Source: Candidatus Micrarchaeota archaeon (GTDB lineage Archaea; Micrarchaeota; Micrarchaeia; Anstonellales; Anstonellaceae). Taken from it: a stretch of 53,334 nucleotides of DNA. The stretch is from NCBI GenBank assembly GCA_026413965.1, contig JAOAJY010000001.1, forward strand, positions 1 to 53,334, in the 5' to 3' direction. The notes beneath the pieces were generated by a model that saw only the letters and a program-made list of their open reading frames with translations, did not search any database and was not told the DNA's origin. Position 1 is the stretch's first letter, and every line of letters begins with the position of its first letter. Made by a program: the position numbers and the translations under genes. Below are positions 35,800-45,455 of the stretch, piece after piece.

Positions 35800-38553
35800 A
35801 TGAAAGGAATAAACGTGAGGAAAATCGCAGCCTTTGCCGGCGCAGCGGTCCTCGGTTTGTCCGCAGTTGCAGTTGCCGACGTGGTTTATGGCAACACGCA
35901 GCTGGTTGACCAGAACGGACAGCCGACCGTGAAGATTTATGTCGGCAGCAAGGCGGCAATCTCCGACGGTGTGGCAGCAGCCAACATCGCGGCAAAGATT
36001 GCGAACGAAGCCTACAAGAGCTCCACCCTCACCGCCACCATGAGCGGGACTCCAACCTGCACAGTGGGAAGCGGAGTGAGCGGAGCAGGAACCTGCTCTA
36101 TTGTGGAGAGCAGCAAGAAGGTGACCCTTTCTGTGACCGTCCCAGGAGTGGTTGCAGGAGCGCACACCTTCAAGACCCTGATAACCGACACGATTGACAG
36201 GGCTCTGGCTAACCGTATCAGCACCAAGGAGGAAGACAAATACAACTCAACTTTGAGCTCCCCTGACACATCAAGCGTCACTACGCCTCTTAGAGGAGTG
36301 GCAAATGACCCGATCTCCACCAACCTCTACAGGATTGGCGCCTCCCAATTCACTGGGTTTGCGGACACTCAGGTAAAAGACTACCAGGCAACAGGCTCTG
36401 GCTCAACTTACACAGTCCAGCAAAGCTTCTGGGTTGGCTCGTCAAATGATGCTGTGAAGTACGACTCCGACTCCTCAATTAGGGATGTTGCAGTCAATAC
36501 CTACACTGCGATGGCTTACAGCGTCAAGTTCGCAGGAAACGACTTTGGAGTTCCTGTGTGCACTGGAGACCTAAACAGCTCAATCTCTGATGACTGGACC
36601 TCCTGTGGAACTGAATCCAACGCAAGGACTGAAAAGCACCGCGTTGAGATACCTTTCATGGGAAGCAAGTGGATAATAAGCGAGCTCAAAGACCCGAACA
36701 TAGACCCGCACCCTGATGAGACATCTGTCAAGAAAGGAGGCCAGATCAAGCTTGCCAAGGAGGCAAAATACGGCATCATAAATGTCGGGCAGACTCTTGA
36801 TGCAGGAGACTTCAAGATAAAGCTGTCAGACATTTCAGTTGCCGTTGGACAAGAAAACAAGCACCCTGCAATCATTGATGTGCTTGACGCCAACGACGCT
36901 GTGGTTGGGCAGATCCAGGTTGACCCAGGAACCACCTACACTTTCACCCAAAGCGGAACCGGCAAAAGCGTGAAAATACACGTCTACAAGACTGCGCCTG
37001 GTTTCACCCTTAATGCAAAGTGGGCTGAGATGGCAATCTACTCAGATGAGATAACCCTCAAAGACGGCTCAAGATACAACCTTGTGCCATCCAATGATGT
37101 GGACAAGAACTTCAAGGTTTCTCTTCTGTGGAAGAACAGGGACAGGGCTTCTGGCTCATCCAACAAATCAGACTCGCTGAGAGAGATAGTTGTCTACGAC
37201 ATCGACACCTTCTCAGGAAACAAATACAAAGCAGGAGACACCTACAGCTTCCTGAAAAGCAAGCCAACCTTCAAGCTCACCTATGATGGGCTTGATTTGA
37301 CTGATGACGACTATGAGGTTTTGACCCTCAACGCAGTCTCGCAGAGCACCTACAGAGTTGCAACTGCTGAAGGAGACAACGCAGTCTGCCAGCCAAACTC
37401 TGCAGATGACCTCTCCTACATTGCCAAGCTTATCAGGATAAAGACTCCTGGTGGCAACTACCTTGGAGGAACCGGATTGCTTGGAAGCAACATGGTGGAC
37501 ACCGTGCTTTTTGATCCGGTTGGAGTAGCTGGACCCGCAAACTCCTCACCAAACGGAACACAAAACCTATCTCACTACAATACTCCCAATGCAAAGCCAA
37601 AGGTCTTCTTCCAGCTTCCTGGTAAAGACTGCTGGAACTGGAAGAATTTGACATTGGAGTCCGCACCTGCATCAGGCATCAGCTCTTTGGCAAATGCGGT
37701 CAAGTTTGAGAAGGCAGGAGAAAACAGCGCTGCATACGGAGCCATCTTCTTTACAAACAACACCGCAAATATGGGCTTTGGAAACGGCGCAGTTGTCTTG
37801 CAAGAGGATGCCGGAAAGAATGACACCAACTCCAACACCAAAGTCCTAACTGCATTCCCCTTCAACACCACTTCAAGCGGAACCGACCCGTTCAAGTTCA
37901 AGAGCTCAGACTCTGCAACCTCAAAAGTTGCTTACCTGGGCGTAAGAGACAGCGCCTTTGCTGAGAAAGAACTGAAATTTGTCACTGAGCGCGGCTCGCA
38001 GGTAACAAATGTGGGAAGCACTGACGCCAGCATGAAGGTTGCAAAGAGAGTGGGAATGGCTTCCTTCACCTTTGCAACTGCCGACACTGCATCCAACCCA
38101 AGCGGAGCTGTGGACTACACTCTCGGAGTGGGCGAAAGCAAGGTGTTCGGAGGAGTGACTGTGCTTGTCAAGGCAATTGACGCCACTGCAGGCTCTTGCT
38201 CTGTGCTTGGGCCTGGAGGAGCGCCAGCATGCACAGTGGATGCTGCAAGCCTCAAGCCAGTCATCAGCCCAGACAACACCGCAAGTGTTGTGGTGTCCCA
38301 GCCGTACGCGCTCACCTCCAAGCTGGTGTACACGGACGCTGAGGCAAAGGGCGCTGGCGCAGCAATCCTGGTCGGTGGGCCAATGGTCAACACCCTGACT
38401 GCCGATGCTCTCAAGGGCAGCGAGATCGACTTGAAGAAAGACGGTCCTGTTGTCAAGGAGATCTCAACCGGCAAGATTGTGGTGGCAGGATACACTGCTG
38501 AGGAGACCTTGGCTGCTGCAGACCAGTTCATTGCTGGGATAAAGAGGAAGTAA
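35800..38553 (+). CDS. S-layer protein (Methanococcales-type S_layer_N/S_layer_C ends)
   Basis: Signal peptide ..VRKIAAFAG, IYVGSKAAISDGVAAANIAAKI, C-terminal ILVGGPMVN and IVVAGYTAEET; many N-glycosylation sequons; strong RBS. Confidence 0.92.
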   Translation: MKGINVRKIAAFAGAAVLGLSAVAVADVVYGNTQLVDQNGQPTVKIYVGSKAAISDGVAAANIAAKIANEAYKSSTLTATMSGTPTCTVGSGVSGAGTCSIVESSKKVTLSVTVPGVVAGAHTFKTLITDTIDRALANRISTKEEDKYNSTLSSPDTSSVTTPLRGVANDPISTNLYRIGASQFTGFADTQVKDYQATGSGSTYTVQQSFWVGSSNDAVKYDSDSSIRDVAVNTYTAMAYSVKFAGNDFGVPVCTGDLNSSISDDWTSCGTESNARTEKHRVEIPFMGSKWIISELKDPNIDPHPDETSVKKGGQIKLAKEAKYGIINVGQTLDAGDFKIKLSDISVAVGQENKHPAIIDVLDANDAVVGQIQVDPGTTYTFTQSGTGKSVKIHVYKTAPGFTLNAKWAEMAIYSDEITLKDGSRYNLVPSNDVDKNFKVSLLWKNRDRASGSSNKSDSLREIVVYDIDTFSGNKYKAGDTYSFLKSKPTFKLTYDGLDLTDDDYEVLTLNAVSQSTYRVATAEGDNAVCQPNSADDLSYIAKLIRIKTPGGNYLGGTGLLGSNMVDTVLFDPVGVAGPANSSPNGTQNLSHYNTPNAKPKVFFQLPGKDCWNWKNLTLESAPASGISSLANAVKFEKAGENSAAYGAIFFTNNTANMGFGNGAVVLQEDAGKNDTNSNTKVLTAFPFNTTSSGTDPFKFKSSDSATSKVAYLGVRDSAFAEKELKFVTERGSQVTNVGSTDASMKVAKRVGMASFTFATADTASNPSGAVDYTLGVGESKVFGGVTVLVKAIDATAGSCSVLGPGGAPACTVDAASLKPVISPDNTASVVVSQPYALTSKLVYTDAEAKGAGAAILVGGPMVNTLTADALKGSEIDLKKDGPVVKEISTGKIVVAGYTAEETLAAADQFIAGIKRK

Positions 38554-38562
38554 GCGCCTTCG

Positions 38563-38610
38563 GGGGGCAAACGCCCCCTTTCCCTTCTTTTTTATTTTTC
38601 TTTCTTTTCC
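38563..38610 (+). terminator. Hairpin (GGGGGC-aaac-GCCCCC) plus oligo-T terminator of S-layer gene
   Basis: 6-bp GC stem followed by T-rich tracts right after the stop codon. Confidence 0.75.
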
Positions 38611-38685
38611 AAAAACCCCTTAGGCTAAGGTATAAATAATTGAAGGAAGCAAAAAGAAGAAGGCGGCGGCCGGGGGTTTGTTCAG

Positions 38686-40782
38686 ATGAGGACTGTTGCG
38701 CTTATTTGCGTGATGCTTTCATTGTCTTTTGCTGCAGAATTTTCGCTTGAGCCTTACCTTTTCGCATCAGAAAAGAACGCAAGCATAAACTACACAGACT
38801 TTTCATACAACAACAGCACAGCGAAAATAGTCCGGATAAATGGAGAGGAAGCCTTGCTTTTGATTGACGGCAAGCTTGCCACAAGCACGCAGGATATTGC
38901 CGCAGCCATATCTTACTATTACCAGCAGAACTTTTACCCCTCAAAGCAAGACATGGAGGCGCTTTTGGGGTTTGCCGAGGCTTTCAACAAAAGCAGGAAT
39001 GCAAAAACCAAATTCGGCCCTGCTGAAAAGGTTTGCTATGAGCAGGGAACCCTTCTTTCCCACAAGCCGTGCAGCGACATGAAAAGCTGCACGATGACTG
39101 CCACGCTCATCTGCACCCTTTCCGGAGCAGACGGCTGCATAGTTGATGTTCTTGCAGGCCACATACTATCATACTCAAAATCCATAGAAAAGCTCAACAC
39201 TGCCTATGCCAAGTTCCAGTCTGCCCACTCAGGATTTTCTGCAGGGACGGTGGCAGATTCGCTTAATTCCATGGAATCTGCATTGGATGAGATGAAAAGC
39301 GCTGCTGATGAGGTCAAAAAAAGCAAGCTGATATTCCCTGAGACATACTCTTGCGCAGACTGCATAGGAATCTGCCCTGAGCCCAAATTCGACTACTCTG
39401 CCATAAGCTCAGGCAAGGCAAAGATAGCTGAGCTTAGGTCCAAGACCGCGCCTTTTTCCAGCCTCAACAAGGTATCTGCAAAAATAGCGCTTTCTACCCA
39501 GGAAAGGATAGCCTACAGGGAAGGCGAGGAGAAGGCGAAGATATATGAGCCGAAATACAGCGCAGCAAAGGGCAAATACGCCTCCCTCAAGGAGAAAGTG
39601 CTTGCCGCAAGGGCATTGGTGGCAGACTCCGGATTTGTTTCAGCAGCAGACTCCTTCCTTTCAAAAGAGGAGGAGCTTGAAAAGCGGGTGGCAAAAAGGC
39701 AGTTTGACGGCTTTGAGCCGCTTTTGTCTGCATACACTGATGAAGCAGCCAAGCTTTCAGGCATGATAAACAACTCCACTTCTGCATACCACTCTGCCCT
39801 TGAGGCGCAGGACAGCGCAGGGGACTTGCTGCTTCAGGCTTTGTGGAAAACCAATCCTCTTGATGGCAAGATGGCAGAAAAATACAACGGCCTTGCGGAG
39901 AAGAAAAACAAGATTGATGAAAAGCTCAAGCCCCCAATGACTTCTGAGAAATACGCTGAAATTGAGGCAGAATACGGCGCTTTTTCAAGCGAGGTGAGGG
40001 CTTACCTTGCAAGCTCCTCAAGCAGCCCGCTTTTGCCAATATTTGAGCTTGGGAACAGCTTTGGCAGAAGCTCGATTGACAGCACAGTCTCTCTTGCCTC
40101 AAGCATGGCTCCCATATCCTTCAAGACGCGCCAAAGCATGGCAGCCTACGTCCTTCCGGTTGCGCTGGGCGTGATTGACCTTTCAATCCTTGCGCTTGCG
40201 CTTTTGGCATTCGCAGGCATATTCCACCACTTCCACGGGATGTTCAAAAGCAAGCTGGCGATATCAGGCTGGGTGCTGGCTTTTGTGGCATTCGCATTTA
40301 TTCTCCTTGCCGGCTCAATAGGGTTTTACGGAATTGTCCTTTCAAGCGAAAAATATGCGTCTTTTTCCGATTTTTTCAATTCGCTCAAGCACTCCGACAA
40401 AGCAGCTGTGGTGGTCCATCAGACAGGAGTGGGCTCAGAAACTGCGAAAGCCATGGACAAATGCGCCTCTCAGATAGAATCCCAGCTTGCGATTTTGGGC
40501 AAGAAAACCATAAAGTACTACATAGACGGAAGCAGGTGCAGGTACCTTCTGCCCATGAACTCCACCAACTCCACAAACCTGACCTACAAGGAAGTCGCCG
40601 ATCAGACTGCTGAAAAGTGCCTGGACAGCTTGCCAGATGTCCCTGTATTTGACTTGAAGTACTCCGAGGCAAACCAGCCTCCCATATTCACCACTGTGGT
40701 GGCAAAGCAGGCAATAATAAAAGGCAACCAGAACTATTACAGCAAAAAGCCCATGTGCGACATAGCCAACATACTAAATTAA
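38686..40782 (+). CDS. Secreted/membrane protein: signal peptide, Cys-rich region, long coiled coil, two TMs, Cys-containing external C-terminal domain
   Basis: Composition and hydropathy read from the translation. Confidence 0.8.
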   Translation: MRTVALICVMLSLSFAAEFSLEPYLFASEKNASINYTDFSYNNSTAKIVRINGEEALLLIDGKLATSTQDIAAAISYYYQQNFYPSKQDMEALLGFAEAFNKSRNAKTKFGPAEKVCYEQGTLLSHKPCSDMKSCTMTATLICTLSGADGCIVDVLAGHILSYSKSIEKLNTAYAKFQSAHSGFSAGTVADSLNSMESALDEMKSAADEVKKSKLIFPETYSCADCIGICPEPKFDYSAISSGKAKIAELRSKTAPFSSLNKVSAKIALSTQERIAYREGEEKAKIYEPKYSAAKGKYASLKEKVLAARALVADSGFVSAADSFLSKEEELEKRVAKRQFDGFEPLLSAYTDEAAKLSGMINNSTSAYHSALEAQDSAGDLLLQALWKTNPLDGKMAEKYNGLAEKKNKIDEKLKPPMTSEKYAEIEAEYGAFSSEVRAYLASSSSSPLLPIFELGNSFGRSSIDSTVSLASSMAPISFKTRQSMAAYVLPVALGVIDLSILALALLAFAGIFHHFHGMFKSKLAISGWVLAFVAFAFILLAGSIGFYGIVLSSEKYASFSDFFNSLKHSDKAAVVVHQTGVGSETAKAMDKCASQIESQLAILGKKTIKYYIDGSRCRYLLPMNSTNSTNLTYKEVADQTAEKCLDSLPDVPVFDLKYSEANQPPIFTTVVAKQAIIKGNQNYYSKKPMCDIANILN

Positions 40783-40791
40783 GGTGCCAGC

Positions 40792-41298
40792 ATGCAGAAA
40801 AAACCAGAAGCGCCGCTTTCAGAAGATAGGAAGAAAATGCTGTTCGCCCTGCTTGCCTTGGCAGCATTGGCCGCATCTGCCTACGTTTTTCTCTTTTCTC
40901 CAAAGCAGGACCTGCCTTCTGATGGGCGGGAGTTTTACTTTTTGCTCCAAAATTCAGGCAAAGCCGCCTTTCTTTATGATGTGAGAGGAGCTGAAGGAGA
41001 CCAGGCATCAGCAATTTACCAGTGCGGAGTGGACATAATAAGCAAAGGCAGGTTGGCAGGAAAGGAGCTCACAAACATAGGATGCGATGAGAATGGCTGC
41101 TTGGCGAGCCGGCCAGAAAGCAACCGCACAGCGAAGATGAGCTATGAGCAGGCGCTTGCGGAAATCTCCAGCCAGCCATATATCCTGATTAAAGCTGGCT
41201 CTCCAGGATACCAATTTTTCCAAAGGCACATGGAGATAAGAATCGGCAAAGAGGCTTCAGAAGGAGTCTCCTGCGACATCTCGGCTGTGGAGAGCTGA
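40792..41298 (+). CDS. N-terminally anchored protein homologous to the C-terminal domain of the upstream gene
   Basis: AGGTG RBS; TM at about aa 17-35; shared F..L..S.KAA......G.....A.A...C...I.S.....GK.......D...C pattern. Confidence 0.75.
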   Translation: MQKKPEAPLSEDRKKMLFALLALAALAASAYVFLFSPKQDLPSDGREFYFLLQNSGKAAFLYDVRGAEGDQASAIYQCGVDIISKGRLAGKELTNIGCDENGCLASRPESNRTAKMSYEQALAEISSQPYILIKAGSPGYQFFQRHMEIRIGKEASEGVSCDISAVES

Positions 41299-41302
41299 CG
41301 GC

Positions 41303-42379
41303 ATGGACATTTACACCAGAATTGGGCTTGTGAAAAAAGGCCCGATTTGCGAAATTGTGACTGAAGAGGAGCTCATGAGCCTTTTTGAGTCCTCTTCCTC
41401 CCCGACGCATTACATAGGCTTTGAGATTTCAGGAAAAGTCCATATTGGCTCAGGGCTTCTGACCGCTATGCTTTTGAAGGACTTCATGAAAGCAGGGATT
41501 CGCCCGACAATTTTCCTTGCCGATTACCACGCTTGGATAAACGGCAAGCTTGGAGGAGACCTGGAGAAAATACAGCAGGTGGCAAAAGGATATTTCAAGT
41601 CTGCTTTCCTTTCCCTTGGGCTGGAGGAGGGCAAAGTAAGATATGTCTTGGCTTCAGAGATTTATGACGCAGACTACTGGAAAGAAGTCCTTAGGATATC
41701 CAAAGACACCAGCATAAGCAGGATGCTGCGCTGCACCACCATAATGGGCAGGTCGCAAAAGGAAGCGCTTGATTGCGCCTCAGTCCTTTATCCTGCCATG
41801 CAGGCAGCGGACATGAGGCTTCTTGACGTGGATATTGCCCATGCAGGGATGGACCAGAGGAAGGTGCACATGCTTGCGAGGGAAATCTCAAGCAAGCACG
41901 GATGGAAAAAGAAGCCTGTGGCTATCCACCATGCCCTTCTTATGGGGCTGAATGGCCCGCAGAGGATGGGGATTGGGCAGGATGAGAAGGAGGATTTGGA
42001 GATATCCTCAAAAATGTCCAAAAGCAAGCCAGGCTCCTGCATATTCATACACGATTCTGAGGAGGAGATAAGAAAGAAGCTCAAAGGGGCGTATTGCCCT
42101 GAAAAGTCAGAGGAAAACAACCCTGTGCTTGAAATCTGCAAGCATTTTGTCTTTCCGCAAGCAAGCCTTCGCGTGGAGAGGCCGGCGAAATTTGGCGGGG
42201 ATGCTGAATTTTTCTCATATTCCCAGCTTTTGGAGGACTACAAAGCAGGAAAGCTGCACCCTGCTGACTTGAAGAATGCCGTGGCAGGCTTTCTTGCAAA
42301 AGCGCTTGAGCCTTGCAGAAAGCACTTTGAGAAGCGCCCAGAGCTTTTGGAGCAGGTGGAGGAGGCTGCGAAACGATAG
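41303..42379 (+). CDS. tyrS: Tyrosine--tRNA ligase (archaeal)
   Basis: YIGFEISGKVHIG, ADYHA, YPAMQAAD, GMDQRKVH, KMSKS, LHPADLK. Confidence 0.97.
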   Translation: MDIYTRIGLVKKGPICEIVTEEELMSLFESSSSPTHYIGFEISGKVHIGSGLLTAMLLKDFMKAGIRPTIFLADYHAWINGKLGGDLEKIQQVAKGYFKSAFLSLGLEEGKVRYVLASEIYDADYWKEVLRISKDTSISRMLRCTTIMGRSQKEALDCASVLYPAMQAADMRLLDVDIAHAGMDQRKVHMLAREISSKHGWKKKPVAIHHALLMGLNGPQRMGIGQDEKEDLEISSKMSKSKPGSCIFIHDSEEEIRKKLKGAYCPEKSEENNPVLEICKHFVFPQASLRVERPAKFGGDAEFFSYSQLLEDYKAGKLHPADLKNAVAGFLAKALEPCRKHFEKRPELLEQVEEAAKR

Positions 42380-42412
42380 CGGTTTAAATCCCTTGCACTC
42401 CAAGCAAAAGCC

Positions 42413-44170
42413 ATGGGAAGGCTGCTTTATTTGGCTGCCGCATTGGCTTTGCTTGCAATTTTTCCCAGCCAATTTGCCTACTGCCCGAATGCCACAAGGA
42501 GCATATATCTTGCAGCAGTAACCGGGGAGGACAGGGGGGGAGTCTTCTTGCTTGAGGTGGATGTCCGGCCAGGAAACGGGACGATATACACCTCAATACA
42601 CCCAAGGACCGGGCTTTTGACGCAGGAGTCGCAGGAGGCGGCTGTGGAGCATGCCTTTGCCGGAAGCGGCATAATGAGAAAGGAGTGCGATGTGCTGTTC
42701 AGGATAAAGGGCAACTTCGGGGAGAATGTTGTGGATGGCCCTTCTGCAGGAGCAGCCATGGCTATTGCCGCAAAAGCTGCGCTGATGAACAAAAGCATAA
42801 GGAAAGACATTGTGATGACCGGCTCTATTCTGCCAGGAGGAAGGATAGGGGAAGTGGGGGGCATAATTGAAAAGGGAATGGGAGTTTTTGAGTCAAAAGC
42901 GAAATATTTCCTTGTGCCAAAGCCTATGAAAATTCATGAGGCGGTCCTATTCTCCACGCTTTCAAGCAGCCGCGAATTCAAGGTGATTGAGGTTTCAAAT
43001 CTGCAGGAAGCCGAAAGGATTGCCTTCTCAGGCTATTCTGAGCAGTTTGACTCCCAGTTCAAGCCGGAAAGCAGAAAGCTGCCTTCCTCGCTTAAAATCA
43101 GGGAAGCGGACAAAGACATGGCAAGGTTTTCGCTTGTGGCAAGAAAGGTGGTGGATGAGCTTGAGGAGAAAGTCAGGCAGGCTTTCAGGGAGAGCGGAGA
43201 AAGCGCTGAGGAGAAAGCCATGCGAGAGTATTTCCTTTCCGAAATCTCAAAATACCGCTATCTTATAGCAGCCGGATACCCTTTCACTGCAGCAAACTCG
43301 GCTTTTCTGCTCTCAATTGATGCCGAATACGCCCGCCTGGGCGATGCCAAGGTGGATTTCGACAAGACTATTCAGAACGCAAAGAAGTGCGCAGCCAGCC
43401 TGCAGCCTCCTGCAAAGACCGCCGAAAACATCCACTGGGCGATAGGCGCAGACCTCCGCCGAATTTGGTCTGAAAGCAAGCTGAACGATACGGTTGAAAG
43501 GCGGGAGGAGCAGGGAGGATACACCACCTTGCGCGATGTCCTTTACTCATACAGCTGGTGCGACATCTCGCAACAGCTTGGAAAGCACGCTGCTGAGATA
43601 GGCGGCAGGCCTATTGACGAAAGCCTGCTTTCCAGCCTGTCTTCCCAGAAGCTTGCGGAAGCAAAGGAAGCCATAGATTCGGCAAAGCGCCCAGATTATG
43701 ACGCAATTTGGCACCTCAAAAACGGGCTGAAAGCCAATGAAACCGGAAAATACGGGGCGGCAATTTATGAGGCAACATATGCCGCAACCATGCAGCAGAT
43801 AGCCTCCGGGGGCGAGGCAAATCTTTCCTCCGCAGCAGAAAAGCTTGCTGAAGGCGAAAGGAAAACCCTTTGGGGAAAGATTTATCAGAGCCAAGGCGCT
43901 TATTTATACCAGGAGGCGAAAGAAGCCAACGCCTCTTTTGCGGACGCATACAGGATACTGAAATATTCATATGAGCTGGACAAGGCTGCGCTTGAGATTG
44001 AGGAGGAGATAGCAAAGACAAGCAAGAAGGATGAGGAGGAGAAGCTGGCGGAGAAGGCGGGAGAAGAAAAAACCCCCAAGCAGGCAGACTACGCCATTGC
44101 TTTTCTGATGGCAGCAGGGCTGTTCTCATTCGGGGGGATTGCGGCATCCAGGCTTTTGAGGAAAAGGTGA
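42413..44170 (+). CDS. Extracellular S16 (Lon-protease-domain) serine peptidase with C-terminal membrane anchor
   Basis: Signal peptide, DGPSAG catalytic Ser, MTGSI..GRIGEVGGIIEK catalytic Lys, no AAA domain, C-terminal TM. Confidence 0.88.
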   Translation: MGRLLYLAAALALLAIFPSQFAYCPNATRSIYLAAVTGEDRGGVFLLEVDVRPGNGTIYTSIHPRTGLLTQESQEAAVEHAFAGSGIMRKECDVLFRIKGNFGENVVDGPSAGAAMAIAAKAALMNKSIRKDIVMTGSILPGGRIGEVGGIIEKGMGVFESKAKYFLVPKPMKIHEAVLFSTLSSSREFKVIEVSNLQEAERIAFSGYSEQFDSQFKPESRKLPSSLKIREADKDMARFSLVARKVVDELEEKVRQAFRESGESAEEKAMREYFLSEISKYRYLIAAGYPFTAANSAFLLSIDAEYARLGDAKVDFDKTIQNAKKCAASLQPPAKTAENIHWAIGADLRRIWSESKLNDTVERREEQGGYTTLRDVLYSYSWCDISQQLGKHAAEIGGRPIDESLLSSLSSQKLAEAKEAIDSAKRPDYDAIWHLKNGLKANETGKYGAAIYEATYAATMQQIASGGEANLSSAAEKLAEGERKTLWGKIYQSQGAYLYQEAKEANASFADAYRILKYSYELDKAALEIEEEIAKTSKKDEEEKLAEKAGEEKTPKQADYAIAFLMAAGLFSFGGIAASRLLRKR

Positions 44171-44174
44171 GGAT

Positions 44175-45416
44175 ATGCAGGAGTTTGAGTCTTTGGCAAA
44201 GCAGATTTCAAAGGACTACCCGAACGTGAAAAAAGTTGCCCTTTCATATTCAGGAGGCTTGGACTCGGCAGTGGTTGGAAAGCTTGTTGAGCTTGCAGGA
44301 ATGACTGTCCTCCCAGTTGTGGTGGATGTGGGGCAGCGGTCGGATTTCCGGAGGATTGAGGAGAATGCCAAAAAAATGTTCAAGCAATGCTTAGTGGTGG
44401 ATGCCAAGCAGGAGGTGGCAGAGGCAGTGATGCGGGCAGTGAAGTCCAATTTTGGCCATGACCGGAAAGCCAATGGCGGCGGGATTGTAAGGCCGGCGCT
44501 TGCGCACGCCCTGGTCCAAGCGGCAAGAAAGCATGGCTGCCAGGCAATAGCCCACGGCTCATCGGGCATGGGCAATGACTCCTTGTGCATGGAGAATTCA
44601 CTCAGAGTGCTTGCCCCTGAGCTTCGCATAATGGCTCTTGTGCGCGACTTGGATTTGCGGCGCGACCAGTCGCTTGAATTTGCTGCCAAAAGCAAGCTTC
44701 TGACCAATTTGGAGCGGGCAGAAAAATTCTCAGCTGATGAAAGCCTTTGGGGAAGGACAGTGAGGCAAGGAAAGCTTGTGGAGGAGAAAGAAGCCCCAAA
44801 AGACGCTTACAAATGGACCGCCTCGCCTGAGGAGGCTCCTGATTCTTCGGAAGAAATCGAGCTTGCATTCCATTCAGGAGAGGCGTCTTTTGCCAAAATT
44901 GGGGGAGAAAAGCTGAAAGAAAAGGTCGCAATCATCCAAAAGCTCAACGAAGTTGGGGGAAAGCATGGCATAGGCAGGATGGATGTGATGGATGACAAGG
45001 TTGTGGGGCTGAAAGTCAGGGAAGTGTATGAATGCCCGGCGGCATCAATACTGCTTTTTGCGCACCAAAAGCTGGAGGAGCTTACGCTGACTCGCCAAGA
45101 GCTTTTGGCAAAGCAGAGCATGGATGCCTTGTGGAGCAGGCTGGTGCATGCAGGGCTTTGGCATTCCAGATTGAGAAGGGCGATTGACGCGTTTGTGGAT
45201 GAGACCCAGAAAGCTGTCCAAGGCAGATTGGTTATAAGGCTTTACAAGGGGAACATAATCCTTAAGGAGAGGGAGAGCATCAATGCCCTTTACGACCGCA
45301 GGCTTTCTGGGCGCGACTCCAAAGGAGTATTCTCCCAAAAGGAAGCCAGGCAGTTCTCCAAGCTTTATGCCTTGCAGGAGATAGTCGCCTATCTTGTGGA
45401 AAGCGAGGCGGAATAG
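44175..45416 (+). CDS. argG: Argininosuccinate synthase homolog with divergent active site
   Basis: LSYSGGLDS, VDVGQ, RP, AHG..G.GND, S.DESLWG, HGIGR.D, K.REVYECP, LYKG. Confidence 0.82.
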   Translation: MQEFESLAKQISKDYPNVKKVALSYSGGLDSAVVGKLVELAGMTVLPVVVDVGQRSDFRRIEENAKKMFKQCLVVDAKQEVAEAVMRAVKSNFGHDRKANGGGIVRPALAHALVQAARKHGCQAIAHGSSGMGNDSLCMENSLRVLAPELRIMALVRDLDLRRDQSLEFAAKSKLLTNLERAEKFSADESLWGRTVRQGKLVEEKEAPKDAYKWTASPEEAPDSSEEIELAFHSGEASFAKIGGEKLKEKVAIIQKLNEVGGKHGIGRMDVMDDKVVGLKVREVYECPAASILLFAHQKLEELTLTRQELLAKQSMDALWSRLVHAGLWHSRLRRAIDAFVDETQKAVQGRLVIRLYKGNIILKERESINALYDRRLSGRDSKGVFSQKEARQFSKLYALQEIVAYLVESEAE

Positions 45417-45455
45417 CCGAATTCTTCTCAAAAGCGAATGGTTAGAGGTGCTTAT

